Assembly: GCA_033723415.1 (NCBI GenBank)
Contig: JAWVXD010000003.1
Span: 224,001-288,000, forward strand
DNA from: Sulfurospirillaceae bacterium
GTDB taxonomy: Bacteria; Campylobacterota; Campylobacteria; Campylobacterales; Sulfurospirillaceae
Direction of reading: 5' to 3'
DNA length: 64,000 nt
Position 1 is the stretch's first letter. The number at the start of each line of letters is the position of its first letter. The notes beneath the pieces were generated by a model. That model was not told the DNA's origin. It ran no database searches and saw nothing but the letters and a program-made list of their open reading frames with translations. Shown here in pieces: positions 50,628-61,881 of the stretch. Position numbers and translations under genes: made by a program.

Positions 50628-51692
50628 ATGAAGTTTAACAAAGTTCTTGGAACTTTAGGTTTAGCGGCTGTTTTGGCTGTAGGAGCAACTGCTGCTGATA
50701 AGGTTGTGCATTGGAGATTGGCAATGACTTGGGGGCCAACACTTACGCCATTCGTTAATGCGCCTGCAGAAGTTGCAAAAATAGTGAAAGAATTAAGTGA
50801 TGGAAAATTTACTATTAGAATAGATGCTTCTAATAAAACAAAATCACCGTTCGGTGTTTTTGATATGGTTAAGATTGGTCAATATCAAATGGGTCACTCT
50901 GCTTCTTACTACTGGAAGGGTAAAGATATCGCAACTCTACCTTTTACAACAATGCCGTTTGGTATGACAACTCCTGAGCAATATGCTTGGTTCTACTACG
51001 GTGGTGGTATGAAGTTGATGCAAGAAGTATATGCTAAACACGGACTTTACTCATTCCCTGGTGGAAATACCGGAGCTCAAATGGGTGGATGGTTTAGAAA
51101 AGAGATCAAATCACCAGCTGACTTAAAAGGTCTTAAAATGAGAATTCCTGGTTTTGCCGGTGAAATTATGTCAAAAGTTGGTTGTACAGTTGTAAATATA
51201 GCTCCAGGTGAACTTTATACTTCACTTGAAAGAGGTACTATAGACGCTCTTGAATGGGTTGGACCGGGTATGGATATCAGAATGGGCTTCCACAAAATTG
51301 CTCCTTATTACTATACAGGATGGCATGAGCCGGCAACTGAGTTGCAGTTCCTTGTGAATAAAAAAGCATTTGACGGACTTCCAAAAAAATATCAAGAAAT
51401 GTTAACAGTTGCTATGAGAGTTGCTGCATATGATATGTACATAGAAAACTACCATATGAGTGCTATGGCTTGGACAAAAATGAAAAAAGACTATCCAAAT
51501 ATCAAAGTCTTAACTTTCCCTAAATCTGTTTTTGATGTTTTGAAAAAAGCTAACAAAGAATTATTGGCTCAATACGAAGCAAAAGATCCAGAATTTAAAA
51601 AGATCATAGAGTCTCAACAAGCTTACATGAAACAAGCTAGACAATGGACAAAAATGTCAGATTATCTGTACCTCAAAGCTTCATTCGAATAG
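50628..51692 (+). CDS. dctP: TRAP transporter substrate-binding protein (TakP-like, monocarboxylate/2-oxoacid)
   Basis: HSASYYWKG, GNTGAQMGGWFRKEI, KMRIPG, DALEWVGP, GWHEP. Confidence 0.92.
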   Translation: MKFNKVLGTLGLAAVLAVGATAADKVVHWRLAMTWGPTLTPFVNAPAEVAKIVKELSDGKFTIRIDASNKTKSPFGVFDMVKIGQYQMGHSASYYWKGKDIATLPFTTMPFGMTTPEQYAWFYYGGGMKLMQEVYAKHGLYSFPGGNTGAQMGGWFRKEIKSPADLKGLKMRIPGFAGEIMSKVGCTVVNIAPGELYTSLERGTIDALEWVGPGMDIRMGFHKIAPYYYTGWHEPATELQFLVNKKAFDGLPKKYQEMLTVAMRVAAYDMYIENYHMSAMAWTKMKKDYPNIKVLTFPKSVFDVLKKANKELLAQYEAKDPEFKKIIESQQAYMKQARQWTKMSDYLYLKASFE

Positions 51693-51701
51693 ACTTTTAT
51701 T

Positions 51702-51769
51702 TTACCGCCACGCTTAATCGTGGCGGTAAGCTTTATAGGAGTTAATAAGGGTTTATTAACTCCTATAAA
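51702..51769 (+). terminator. Two tandem perfect hairpins between dctP and dctQ
   Basis: TTACCGCCACG-N6-CGTGGCGGTAA and TTTATAGGAGTTAATAA-GGGT-TTATTAACTCCTATAAA. Confidence 0.7.
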
Positions 51770-51795
51770 ATTTTAAAAACACAACAAGGATATAA

Positions 51796-52329
51796 ATGTT
51801 AGAAAAAATAGATATGTTCTATAATAAAATAACGAAATATTTAGGGTATGTTCTGTTTATCGTGATGATTACAATGACTTTAAATGTTTTTTATGATGTT
51901 ATTATAAGATATGTTTTTAATGGCGGTTCAATCGCTATGCAAGAATTAGAATGGCATCAATTTTCTGTTCTTATTCTGTTGGGTATGTCTTATTCTCTTA
52001 TGGAAGAAGCACATGTTAGGGTCGATGTTCTATATGATCAATGGAGCGTCAGAAAAAAAGCATTGGTAAATATGATGGGTTCTATCGTATTTGTTCTACC
52101 TATAGCTCTTTTGGTAGCATTTAACTCTGTCGATTTTGTCGTTACTTCTTACACATCGCATGAGATCAGCATGGATCCTGGCGGACTTACACACAGATGG
52201 ATCATCAAAGCTTTAATACCTGCCTCATTTTGGGTATTGATATTCTTTGATTTTGGTTATTTTGTAAAGAATTTAAATATATACAAAAAAGCCAAAAAAG
52301 ATGAACAAATAGTACCGGGAGAAAGATAA
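51796..52329 (+). CDS. dctQ: TRAP transporter small permease
   Basis: Four TM helices, QELEWH, HVRVDV, DPGGL. Confidence 0.92.
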   Translation: MLEKIDMFYNKITKYLGYVLFIVMITMTLNVFYDVIIRYVFNGGSIAMQELEWHQFSVLILLGMSYSLMEEAHVRVDVLYDQWSVRKKALVNMMGSIVFVLPIALLVAFNSVDFVVTSYTSHEISMDPGGLTHRWIIKALIPASFWVLIFFDFGYFVKNLNIYKKAKKDEQIVPGER

Positions 52330-53684
52330 TGGTTGGGATAATAATGTTTTTTGCAGCACTTTTGATGCTGCTTATAGGATTTCCTGTTGCTTTCACATTC
52401 GGTGCAGTTTCTGTAATATTCGGTTTGGCTTACGGTTTGGTTCATGCTATACAAGACGGTGGTCCTCTTTGGAGCGGTTTGGTAAATTACGGTGTAGATA
52501 TGTTCGGATTTATGCCATTTAGAATTTATGCGATTATGCAAAATACTATTTTGATGGCAGTGCCGCTTTTCATCTTAATGGGTGTAATCCTTCAAAAAAC
52601 CAAGCTAGCCGAGAGATTACTGGAATCTATGGGGTTCTTATTCGGCGAGATCAGAGGCGGTGTTGCTATAAGTACTGTTTTAGTCGGTGCTTTATTGGCT
52701 GCTTCAACCGGTGTTGTCGGTGCAAGTGTTGTTGCAATGGGTGTTATATCTCTGCCTGTTATGCTGAAATACAAGTATGACAAACAATTAGCAACAGGTG
52801 TTATCTGCGCATCAGGAACACTTGGTCAGATTATTCCTCCCTCAATCGTATTGATTATCTTAGGTGACGTTTTTCAAGTTCCTGTCGGAGATTTGTTTCA
52901 AGCAGCAGTTTGGCCTGGTCTTTCATTGGTCGGTATATATATTTTATATATTGTGATATTGTCTATAGTTAAAAAAGACACAGCACCTCCTGTTATCATA
53001 GAAGGCGCTCACGGAACAAAAGCACAACAGGTATTTGCCGCTTTTAAAGCGATTATTCCGCCGCTTGTACTAGTCGTATTGGTTTTAGGTTCCATATTTG
53101 CAGGAGTTGCTACACCTACAGAATCTGCAGCGGTAGGCTCAGTCGGTGCTGCATTGCTCGCTGTGATCTATAGAACTTTTTCTATTCAGATGATAAAAGA
53201 TGCAGCTTTAGAAACTGCAAAAGTTACTGCTATGGTCTTTGCCATTTTGATAGGTGCTACGGCGTTTTCAATGGTATTTACTTACTCAGGCGGTGATACT
53301 ATCGTTGAGCAGGTCATGACAAATCTACCTGGAAACGAATGGGGATTTTTGATCACTTCAATGCTAGTTATCATGTTCCTTGGATTTTTCATTGACTTTG
53401 TTGAGATTTCTTATATCATCGTTCCAATTTTGGTTCCAATTGCAACGCATTTAGGTATCAATCCGGTATGGTATGCAATCTTGATTGCCATGAACTTGCA
53501 GACTTCATTTTTGACTCCGCCTTTTGGCTTTAGTCTTTTCTATTTAAGAGGAGTCGCCCCAGATAGTATCCGTACTATTGATATATACAAAGGTGTCGTG
53601 CCTTTTATTTTAATGCAGGTAGCTATCCTTGCTATTCTTATCGTTGAACCTAACTGGTTTGGTATAAGCGCATTTATTAAATAA
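52329..53684 (+). CDS. dctM: TRAP transporter large permease
   Basis: AVPLFI, GTLGQIIPPS, ATPTE, LTPPFG. Confidence 0.94.
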   Translation: MVGIIMFFAALLMLLIGFPVAFTFGAVSVIFGLAYGLVHAIQDGGPLWSGLVNYGVDMFGFMPFRIYAIMQNTILMAVPLFILMGVILQKTKLAERLLESMGFLFGEIRGGVAISTVLVGALLAASTGVVGASVVAMGVISLPVMLKYKYDKQLATGVICASGTLGQIIPPSIVLIILGDVFQVPVGDLFQAAVWPGLSLVGIYILYIVILSIVKKDTAPPVIIEGAHGTKAQQVFAAFKAIIPPLVLVVLVLGSIFAGVATPTESAAVGSVGAALLAVIYRTFSIQMIKDAALETAKVTAMVFAILIGATAFSMVFTYSGGDTIVEQVMTNLPGNEWGFLITSMLVIMFLGFFIDFVEISYIIVPILVPIATHLGINPVWYAILIAMNLQTSFLTPPFGFSLFYLRGVAPDSIRTIDIYKGVVPFILMQVAILAILIVEPNWFGISAFIK

Positions 53685-53694
53685 TTCTTAACAC

Positions 53695-53723
53695 GTCATG
53701 TCATAGTTTAACTATGGCATGAC
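53695..53723 (+). terminator. Hairpin after dctM
   Basis: GTCATGTCATAG-TTTAA-CTATGGCATGAC. Confidence 0.6.
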
Positions 53724-53791
53724 AACTAGCTATCATCTCTTTTTCATTTTAACTTGCTAAAATACGATAATGTCTTCAAAAGGAGTCTTAT

Positions 53792-56620
53792 ATGTTAGCT
53801 TTAGATGGACCTTATTTAAAATTTTACGATAAGTTATGCGACTTTTTACCTAAAGAGAGAGTATTTACCGATCCTCTTCATACTCTGGTTTATGGAACAG
53901 ATGCATCTTTTTACAAACTTGTTCCAAAAGTAGTGGTATGGACAAATAACTCTCAGGAAGTTGCCTCAATACTAAAGTTGTCATATGATCTTTCCTTACC
54001 TATAGTTTTTAGGGCTGCCGGCACGAGTCTTTCAGGACAAGCAATTACAGATTCGATTTTGGTTGTAACATCAAGAGACTGGAGAGGTAAAAGGATAAGT
54101 GATGATCATAGCCTTGTCAGTTTAGAACCTTCAGTAATAGGATCAGATGCAAATGATTTCCTACTTCCTTATGGCAAAAAAATTGGTCCGGATCCTGCAA
54201 GTATAAGCTCAGCCATGATAGGCGGTATTGCTGCAAACAATGCAAGCGGAATGTGCTGTGGAGTAGCAGATAATTCTTATAAGACATTACATAGTATGAA
54301 AATAATCTTTCATGATGGCAGTAGACTTGATACCGCAGATAAAAAAAGTAGAGAACAATTTATAAACACGCATGGCATGATAGTAGAGGGGATAAAAAAC
54401 TTACATCAAAAAACAAATGCAAACGAAGCCTTACGCGAAAAAATCATTAGAAAGTTTAAGATAAAAAATACTTGCGGATATTCCTTGAATGCTTTGGTAG
54501 ATTTTGAAGATCCGATAGACATCATCTCACATCTTATGATAGGAAGTGAGGGTACTTTGGGTTTTATAGAAGAGATCACATATAAAACTGTCCCTGAGTA
54601 TAAAGACAAAGCCAGTGCTCTTATGATATTTAAAAATATCAAAGATGCCTGTGATGCCGTGATCATCTTAAAAACAGAGTGTAGAGAAAATGTCAATGCT
54701 GCAGAGATCATGGATAGAGCTGGGCTTAGAAGTGTTGAAAATAAAGAAGGTATGCCATCTTTTCTTAAAACTCTAGGGGAGGATGCGACTGCAGTATTGG
54801 TTGAGACAAGAGCACCAAATAAAGAATTACTTAATGACAATATAGAGATCATACTAAATAAGTTAAAACATATAGAACCTGAACTTCCTTTAGAATTTAC
54901 TGATAAAATAGAAGAATATACGCTGTATTGGAAAATTAGAAAAGGTCTATTTCCTGCAGTAGGTGCAGTGAGGGAAGCCGGAACGACTGTGATAATAGAG
55001 GATGTAGCTTTTCCTATAGAAGATTTAGCAGAGGCTACATTGGAATTGCAAGAGCTCTTTAGAAAATATGAGTATAACGAAGCGATTATCTTTGGACATG
55101 CTCTTGATGGAAATTTACACTTTGTCTTTACGCAGGCATTTGATAATGAAAAAGAGATCAAACGCTATGAGTTATTTATGGCAGAAGTGGCTAATCAAGT
55201 GGCTATTAAATATAAAGGCAGTCTAAAAGCGGAGCACGGTACAGGACGAAACATGGCTCCTTTTGTGGAACTCGAATGGGGTGAAGATGCTTATAGGCTG
55301 ATGAAAGAGATAAAGCATATTTTTGATCCAAAAGAGCTTATAAATCCAGGTGTTATACTCAATGATGACAAAAGAGTTCATCTTCAAAATTTTAAATCTA
55401 TGCCAAAAACAGATGATCTTATTGATACCTGTATCGAGTGTGGATTTTGCGAGCCAAAATGCCCTTCAAATTTTATTACACTTACACCAAGACAGAGAAT
55501 AGTTGCAAATAGACATATGACGACTCTGAAACAAGAGAAGAGAAACGATGAACTGAAAGAATTTGAACACTTATATCAATATGACGGCATTGAAACCTGT
55601 GCTACTTGTCAATTGTGCTCAATTGCATGTCCTATCGGTATAGATACCGGGAGTTTAACAAAAAAATTACGCAGCAAACAAATAGGTAAATTTGGACATT
55701 TTATGGCAGGTTATATCGCAAATCATTACGGCGCGGTATTAAGTGTCGGTCGATTGGCATTAAGCGGTGTTAAGGCGGTAAATGGAGTTATCCCTGATAG
55801 TACTATGCGAGGAGTGAGTTTAGGGTTGAGAAAACTATCCGGAGATAGGCTCCCGCTTTGGAGTTCATCATTGCCAAAAGGTGATAAATTTAAGATCAAA
55901 AAAACTATTACCGATGCTAAAGAGAAGGTTGTATATTTTTCATCCTGCATCAACAGAACTATGGCTAATCCAAAGCAAAAAAGTGGTGAAAAGAGTATTA
56001 GTGAAGTAGTTGTTACACTCTTGGAGCGAGCCGGTTATGAAGTTATCATTCCTAAAAATATAGACAATCTATGTTGTGGTATGCCTTTTAGTTCAAAGGG
56101 TTATAAAAGCGAGGGAAAACAAAAATCAAATGAACTCGAAGAGAGCTTACGAATAGCAAGTGAAAATGGCAAATATCCTATTCTTTGTGATATGAGTCCT
56201 TGCAGTAAAACAATAGAACAAAATTTTTCTAAAGATATAAAAGTTCATGACAGTGTTGAATTTATTATGGATTTCTTAGTTGATAAACTAAAGTTTAAAC
56301 AGCTTGATGATCCTATTGTAATTCATACGACATGCAGTACTAGAAAAAGTGGCTTAAGTGAAAAATTTGAGAAAGTAGCTAGAATGTGCAGCAAGAGCGT
56401 AACTATACCTGAGAGTGTAGGATGTTGCGGTTTTGCAGGAGATAGAGGATTTACTTTTCCTGAGTTAAATAAGTCTGCACTAAGGCATCTTAAAGAAGAG
56501 ATCCCTTCAAGGGTAAAATATGCATTTTCTACTAGTAAGACCTGTGAGATAGGTTTAAGTGAGCATAGTGGACTTGATTACAAATCAATTTTTTATATGG
56601 TTGAGCGCTGTACAAGATAA
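53792..56620 (+). CDS. FAD- and Fe-S-containing oxidoreductase, probable D-lactate dehydrogenase (Dld-II type)
   Basis: FRAAGTSLSGQ, GSEGTLG, GNLHF, KAEHGTG, two CxxCxxCxxxCP ferredoxin motifs, C-terminal CCG domains. Confidence 0.85.
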   Translation: MLALDGPYLKFYDKLCDFLPKERVFTDPLHTLVYGTDASFYKLVPKVVVWTNNSQEVASILKLSYDLSLPIVFRAAGTSLSGQAITDSILVVTSRDWRGKRISDDHSLVSLEPSVIGSDANDFLLPYGKKIGPDPASISSAMIGGIAANNASGMCCGVADNSYKTLHSMKIIFHDGSRLDTADKKSREQFINTHGMIVEGIKNLHQKTNANEALREKIIRKFKIKNTCGYSLNALVDFEDPIDIISHLMIGSEGTLGFIEEITYKTVPEYKDKASALMIFKNIKDACDAVIILKTECRENVNAAEIMDRAGLRSVENKEGMPSFLKTLGEDATAVLVETRAPNKELLNDNIEIILNKLKHIEPELPLEFTDKIEEYTLYWKIRKGLFPAVGAVREAGTTVIIEDVAFPIEDLAEATLELQELFRKYEYNEAIIFGHALDGNLHFVFTQAFDNEKEIKRYELFMAEVANQVAIKYKGSLKAEHGTGRNMAPFVELEWGEDAYRLMKEIKHIFDPKELINPGVILNDDKRVHLQNFKSMPKTDDLIDTCIECGFCEPKCPSNFITLTPRQRIVANRHMTTLKQEKRNDELKEFEHLYQYDGIETCATCQLCSIACPIGIDTGSLTKKLRSKQIGKFGHFMAGYIANHYGAVLSVGRLALSGVKAVNGVIPDSTMRGVSLGLRKLSGDRLPLWSSSLPKGDKFKIKKTITDAKEKVVYFSSCINRTMANPKQKSGEKSISEVVVTLLERAGYEVIIPKNIDNLCCGMPFSSKGYKSEGKQKSNELEESLRIASENGKYPILCDMSPCSKTIEQNFSKDIKVHDSVEFIMDFLVDKLKFKQLDDPIVIHTTCSTRKSGLSEKFEKVARMCSKSVTIPESVGCCGFAGDRGFTFPELNKSALRHLKEEIPSRVKYAFSTSKTCEIGLSEHSGLDYKSIFYMVERCTR

Positions 56621-56773
56621 TTTTTTATTTCTTATAAATAGCTTTATTTAGAGAAATGGATTTATATTATTAAGTTTAATTAAAACTTTCTCTCAGTTAT
56701 ATGTTTTGTTTAATAAAAGAAATGTTAGAATACTCCACTTTTAAATAATTACATATATCTAGGAGGTGCTTAT

Positions 56774-57061
56774 ATGGACCATAATATGATCGTTGACGGC
56801 TTAAAGTTTATGGTTTTGGGCATGGTTACTGTTTATCTGTTTTTAATGCTTATGATATTTATATTAAAGATTGAACATAAATTTGTAAGAAAATTTTTCC
56901 CATTTAAAATATCTGCACAAGCTCCTCAACAGGTACCGGTAATAGCAGATGAAAATTATATTAATACCGATACGAATCATAAAATTAATTCAGACGACGA
57001 TTTAGCTCTAATAGCAGCTATAACAGCCGCTATACAACATCATAAAAAACAAAATGGATAA
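56774..57061 (+). CDS. oadG: OadG-family Na+-decarboxylase gamma subunit
   Basis: GL.FMVLGM..V..FL TM helix, Pro-containing linker, IAAITAAI.HH C-terminus. Confidence 0.85.
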   Translation: MDHNMIVDGLKFMVLGMVTVYLFLMLMIFILKIEHKFVRKFFPFKISAQAPQQVPVIADENYINTDTNHKINSDDDLALIAAITAAIQHHKKQNG

Positions 57062-57076
57062 AATATAGGAAGGCAA

Positions 57077-58885
57077 ATGGCAAAAAAATATATCGATATA
57101 ATGGATACGACATTTAGGGATGGTTTTCAGTCAGTTTTTGGCGGAAGAGTTTTGATGGACGATTTTATGCCAGCAGTTGCTGCAGCTAGAGAAGCCGGAA
57201 TCACTCACTTTGAATTTGGCGGTGGTGCTAGATTTCAAAGTTTGTTCTTTTATCTAAACGAAAATGCATTTGATATGATGGATAAATTTAGATCAGTTGC
57301 CGGTCCGGATGCAAATCTCCAAACATTAGCTCGTGGTGTTAATACCGTGATGCTAGATACAGGCAGTCGGGAATTGATAGATTTGCATGCTAAAATGTTT
57401 AAAAAACACGGTACAACGACTATACGAAACTTCGATGCACTAAATGACGTAGAGAATTTAAAATATAGTGGTGAGCGAATAACACACCATGGACTAAAGC
57501 ATGAAGCGGTTGTTACGATGATGGATCTTCCTCCAGGATGTGTAGGTGCTCATGACGTGGCATTTTATGAAAAGACACTGAGAAATATCCTAGATGCAGG
57601 GATCCCATATGACAGTATTTGTTTTAAAGATGCAAGTGGGACTTCTAGCCCAAATAAAGTCTATGAAACCATAAAAATGGCTAAAAAACTCTTACCTGAG
57701 GGAACACATGTGAGACTTCATACACATGAAACTGCCGGAGTAAGCGTAGCTTGCTACTTGGCTGCTCTTGAAGCAGGTGCAGACGGTATAGATATGGCGG
57801 CAAGTCCAGTGAGCGGTGGAACAAGTCAACCTGATATTTTAACTATGCTTCACGCTACCAAAGGTATGAATTTTGATCTAGGCGGATTGGAATTAGAAAA
57901 AATATTAAAATATGAAGAAACTCTGAAAGATTGCCTGAAAGATTATTTTATGCCGCCGGAAGCTACACAAGTTTCTCCTCTTATCCCATTTTCTCCAATG
58001 CCGGGCGGCGCACTGACAGCAAATACTCAAATGATGAGAGACAATAAAATATTAGATAAATTTCCTGAAGTTATAAAAGCAATGCGTGAAGTCGTAGAAA
58101 AAGGCGGATATGGTACAAGTGTTACGCCTGTATCGCAGTTTTATTTTCAACAAGCATTCAACAACGTCATGTTTGGTCCTTGGAAAAAGATAGCAGAGGG
58201 ATATGGCAAGATGGTTCTTGGTTATTTCGGACACACTCCATCGATTCCAGATGCTGAAGTTGTAGAATTAGCAAAAAAACAATTAAAACTAGAACCGACT
58301 AATGAAAATGCTGTAGATATTGCAGATAAAGATGAAACTAAATCTTTTGCATTCGTTAGAAGTATATTGGAAAAAGAAGGCATCGAAGCAAGTGAAGAAA
58401 ATATTTTTATCGCAGCTTCTTGTAAAGAGAAAGGTATAGCTTACCTCAAAGGTGAAGCAAAAGTAAATGTTAGAAAAATAGACACTACTGAAAAAGAGGA
58501 GAAAGTAAAAGTGGCAAGTTCAAATGGTGATTATACGGTCGTTGTAAATGGTCAAAAATATAATGTTCAAATCAGTGAAGGTTTAGATGCCAGCATTGAA
58601 GTGAAAGCAGTCTCTCCTGTTGCTCCGGCTGAGTCTTCTGCGGCTCCGGCTGCAAAACCGGCTACATCAGAAAGTGGAACAGAAGTCAAATCAAGTCTAC
58701 CTGGAGTTGTATTTAAAATCTTGGTTGAAAATGGACAAAGAGTAACTAAAGGTGAAGTCCTACTTATATTGGAAGCAATGAAAATGGAAATCGAAGTAGT
58801 TTCACCACAAGATGGAGTTGTAAAATCTATTTTGGTAAAACAAGGTGATAGTGTAGAAGATGCTCAGACTTTGATCATTATGTAA
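57077..58885 (+). CDS. oadA: Biotin-dependent carboxyltransferase with biotinyl domain (oxaloacetate decarboxylase alpha / PycB type)
   Basis: [28 protein letters not shown], Ala/Pro linker, EAMKM biotin site; flanked by oadG and oadB. Confidence 0.85.
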   Translation: MAKKYIDIMDTTFRDGFQSVFGGRVLMDDFMPAVAAAREAGITHFEFGGGARFQSLFFYLNENAFDMMDKFRSVAGPDANLQTLARGVNTVMLDTGSRELIDLHAKMFKKHGTTTIRNFDALNDVENLKYSGERITHHGLKHEAVVTMMDLPPGCVGAHDVAFYEKTLRNILDAGIPYDSICFKDASGTSSPNKVYETIKMAKKLLPEGTHVRLHTHETAGVSVACYLAALEAGADGIDMAASPVSGGTSQPDILTMLHATKGMNFDLGGLELEKILKYEETLKDCLKDYFMPPEATQVSPLIPFSPMPGGALTANTQMMRDNKILDKFPEVIKAMREVVEKGGYGTSVTPVSQFYFQQAFNNVMFGPWKKIAEGYGKMVLGYFGHTPSIPDAEVVELAKKQLKLEPTNENAVDIADKDETKSFAFVRSILEKEGIEASEENIFIAASCKEKGIAYLKGEAKVNVRKIDTTEKEEKVKVASSNGDYTVVVNGQKYNVQISEGLDASIEVKAVSPVAPAESSAAPAAKPATSESGTEVKSSLPGVVFKILVENGQRVTKGEVLLILEAMKMEIEVVSPQDGVVKSILVKQGDSVEDAQTLIIM

Positions 58886-58895
58886 GGTAAAAGGT

Positions 58896-60221
58896 ATGAA
58901 AAACATATTTTTTGTTTTCTTAATGCTGGCTTCCATTACATTTTTAGCAAGACCGCTTCATGCAAGTGAAATAAATGTTAAATCACAGAAAACAGAGCAG
59001 GTAGCTCAGCATGAAGTAAAAAATATTTCTGAAATGTTTGTAAATTTTTATAAAACTACAGGCATATATGCGTTTTTAAATCCTGTTGATGGAGCCAAAA
59101 ATGCACTTGGTGAACCTTTAAGCAAATTTTCTCAGAGCTGGGGAAGAGTTATCATGATCTTGATAACTTTCTTACTCTTTTATCTCGCCATTGCTAAGGG
59201 TTTTGAACCGTTATTGTTACTCCCCATTGCATTTGGAGGACTTTTGGCAAACATTCCTCTGGCAAATATAATAGGACATGACGGATTTATAGGCGTTTTA
59301 TTTGACGCCGGAATAAAGAACGAACTTTTCCCCCTCATAATTTTCATGGGAGTTGGGGCGATGACCGACTTCGGTCCTTTATTGGCAAACCCAAAGACAG
59401 CTATACTAGGGGCAGCAGCACAATTTGGCATATTCGGCTCTCTTGTAGGAGCCTTGGCTTTAACTCAATACACTCCTTGGTTCCATTTTACGTTAAAAGA
59501 TGCTTCAGCCATATCTATCATAGGTGGAGCTGATGGACCGACTTCAATATTCGTAGCATCAAAATTGGCACCAGATCTTATGGGAGCAATTGCCGTTGCA
59601 GCTTACTCTTACATGGCATTAGTTCCTATTATACAGCCTCCGATTATGAGATTATTGACTACTGTTGAAGAGCGAAAGATTAAGATGAATCAATTGAGAC
59701 ATGTAAGCAAAATAGAAAAATTACTCTTTCCATTGACAGTTTTATTACTATCAATTTTGATTCTACCTGAATCAACACCGCTAATCGGAGCATTGACATT
59801 TGGCAACTTTGCTAGGGTATCAGGAGTCGTAGACAGACTATCTGATACAATGCAAAATTCTTTAATAAATATAGTTACAATATTCTTAGGTTTAGCAGTT
59901 GGATCAAAACTGGCTGCTGAAAAGTTTTTAATACCTGATACGCTAGGAATACTAGCTATTGGGTTAGTTGCTTTTGCCGTAGGTACTGCGGCCGGAGTCA
60001 TAATGGCAAAAATTATGAATAAATTTTCAACTGTAAAAGTAAACCCTTTGATTGGTTCAGCCGGAGTAAGTGCTGTTCCTATGGCAGCTAGAGTCTCAAA
60101 TAAGGTTGGTATGAAAGATGATCCGACAAATATGCTGCTTATGCATGCAATGGGTCCAAACGTTGCCGGAGTAATAGGGTCTGCAGTTGCTGCGGGCGTA
60201 TTACTATCAATATTTAAATAA
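58896..60221 (+). CDS. oadB: Na+-translocating decarboxylase beta subunit
   Basis: [56 protein letters not shown]. Confidence 0.95.
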   Translation: MKNIFFVFLMLASITFLARPLHASEINVKSQKTEQVAQHEVKNISEMFVNFYKTTGIYAFLNPVDGAKNALGEPLSKFSQSWGRVIMILITFLLFYLAIAKGFEPLLLLPIAFGGLLANIPLANIIGHDGFIGVLFDAGIKNELFPLIIFMGVGAMTDFGPLLANPKTAILGAAAQFGIFGSLVGALALTQYTPWFHFTLKDASAISIIGGADGPTSIFVASKLAPDLMGAIAVAAYSYMALVPIIQPPIMRLLTTVEERKIKMNQLRHVSKIEKLLFPLTVLLLSILILPESTPLIGALTFGNFARVSGVVDRLSDTMQNSLINIVTIFLGLAVGSKLAAEKFLIPDTLGILAIGLVAFAVGTAAGVIMAKIMNKFSTVKVNPLIGSAGVSAVPMAARVSNKVGMKDDPTNMLLMHAMGPNVAGVIGSAVAAGVLLSIFK

Positions 60222-60238
60222 TTAGGAAGGAATTTGTT

Positions 60239-61813
60239 TTGAAAGTAAATGGAATTGAGGAATTAGGCTTAGAAAACATGCAAAATGTTTATTATAACTT
60301 AAGCTTTGAAGAGCTTCTTGAGCATGAAACTAAAAATAATGAAGGACGTATTTCCAGCAGCGGTGCATTTACGGTAGATACAGGCATTTTTACAGGAAGA
60401 AGTCCAAAAGATAAATATTTTGTCAAAAAAGATCCATCACAAAAATATATATCATGGGGAAAGATTAACCAACCGACTACACAAGAAGTTTTTGATGATC
60501 TGTATATAAAAGCCAAAAAGCAATTATCAGGTAAAGATATATATATACAGGATGCATTTTGTGGCTCCAGTATGGACAGTAGAAAAAGTATAAGAGTTAT
60601 ATCTGAAATAGCTTGGCAGGCACATTTTGTAAAAAATATGTTCATACGCCCAAATGAAAAAGATCTAGAAGGTTTTTTACCGGATTTTACGTTATATGTT
60701 GCATGTAAAACTTCAGATGATGAATATAAAAAGCATGGTCTACATTCAGATGTTTTTGTTATCTTTAACATAGAAGAAAAAATCGCAATAATAGGTGGAA
60801 CTTGGTATGGTGGAGAGATAAAAAAAGGTGTTTTCTCTATGATGAACTATTGGCTTCCGTTAGAGGGAAAATTATCTATGCATTGTTCTGCTAATGTCGG
60901 AAAAGACGGAGATAGTGCACTATTCTTTGGTCTTAGCGGTACAGGTAAGACAACACTTTCTACTGATCCAAACAGAAAACTAATAGGCGATGATGAACAC
61001 GGTTGGGACGATAACGGTATTTTCAACTTTGAGGGTGGCTGCTATGCAAAGTGTATAAACCTTGATCCAAAAAATGAACCGGAAATATTTGGTGCCATCA
61101 GGAAAGATGCACTATTAGAAAACGTTGTCATTGATGACAATGGAGTAGTTGATTATACTGATGACAGTAAAACAGAAAATACAAGAGTTTCATATCCGAT
61201 ATACCATATAGATAATTTTGAAGAAAGCTCTCAAGCGGGACATCCAAAGAAGATTATTTTCCTAACCGCTGATGCTTTTGGAGTCTTACCACCTGTTTCC
61301 AAGCTTACAAAAGAGCAGGCAATGTATTATTTTATGAGTGGATATACGGCAAAAGTTGCAGGAACCGAAAGAGGTGTGACGGAGCCTGTTGCTACATTTA
61401 GTTCATGTTTTGGTGAAGCATTTTTACCTCTTCATCCAACGGTTTATGCAAAACTTTTAGGCGAAAAGATAGATAAGCACGGCGTTGATGTTTATCTTGT
61501 TAACACTGGCTGGACAGGTGGCGTTTACGGTACAGGCAAGAGAATGAGTATTAAAGCTACTAGAGCTTGTATCAATGCTATATTGGATGGTACAATCAAT
61601 AATTCAGAATTTGAAACAACACCTATCTTTAGGCTAAACATTCCAACCAGCATTGAGGGAGTTGACACAAATATTTTAAATCCTAGAAATACTTGGGCAA
61701 ATAAAAGTTTATATGATGCAACACGTCAAGAACTAGCTGAAATGTTTATAGAAAATTTTAAAAAATACGTAACAGACGAGTCTGACTTTTCTAAGTTTGG
61801 ACCTATACTTTAA
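60239..61813 (+). CDS. pckA: Phosphoenolpyruvate carboxykinase (ATP)
   Basis: [38 protein letters not shown]. Confidence 0.98.
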   Translation: MKVNGIEELGLENMQNVYYNLSFEELLEHETKNNEGRISSSGAFTVDTGIFTGRSPKDKYFVKKDPSQKYISWGKINQPTTQEVFDDLYIKAKKQLSGKDIYIQDAFCGSSMDSRKSIRVISEIAWQAHFVKNMFIRPNEKDLEGFLPDFTLYVACKTSDDEYKKHGLHSDVFVIFNIEEKIAIIGGTWYGGEIKKGVFSMMNYWLPLEGKLSMHCSANVGKDGDSALFFGLSGTGKTTLSTDPNRKLIGDDEHGWDDNGIFNFEGGCYAKCINLDPKNEPEIFGAIRKDALLENVVIDDNGVVDYTDDSKTENTRVSYPIYHIDNFEESSQAGHPKKIIFLTADAFGVLPPVSKLTKEQAMYYFMSGYTAKVAGTERGVTEPVATFSSCFGEAFLPLHPTVYAKLLGEKIDKHGVDVYLVNTGWTGGVYGTGKRMSIKATRACINAILDGTINNSEFETTPIFRLNIPTSIEGVDTNILNPRNTWANKSLYDATRQELAEMFIENFKKYVTDESDFSKFGPIL

Positions 61814-61826
61814 ATAACAAATAACG

Positions 61827-61848
61827 AAAGAGGGCACAAGCCCTCTTT
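61827..61848 (+). terminator. Intrinsic terminator-like hairpin after pckA
   Basis: AAAGAGGGC-ACAA-GCCCTCTTT. Confidence 0.7.
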
Positions 61849-61881
61849 AAACTGCAAATCACAAAAAATATTGGAGAATAA

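Noticed and set aside
54406..55161. 251-aa antisense ORF (and similar ones at 29123-29611, 38515-38982, 49688-50125, 60292-60771)
   Set aside because: Shadow frames opposite well-supported genes, Ser/Ile-rich, with no recognisable motifs.
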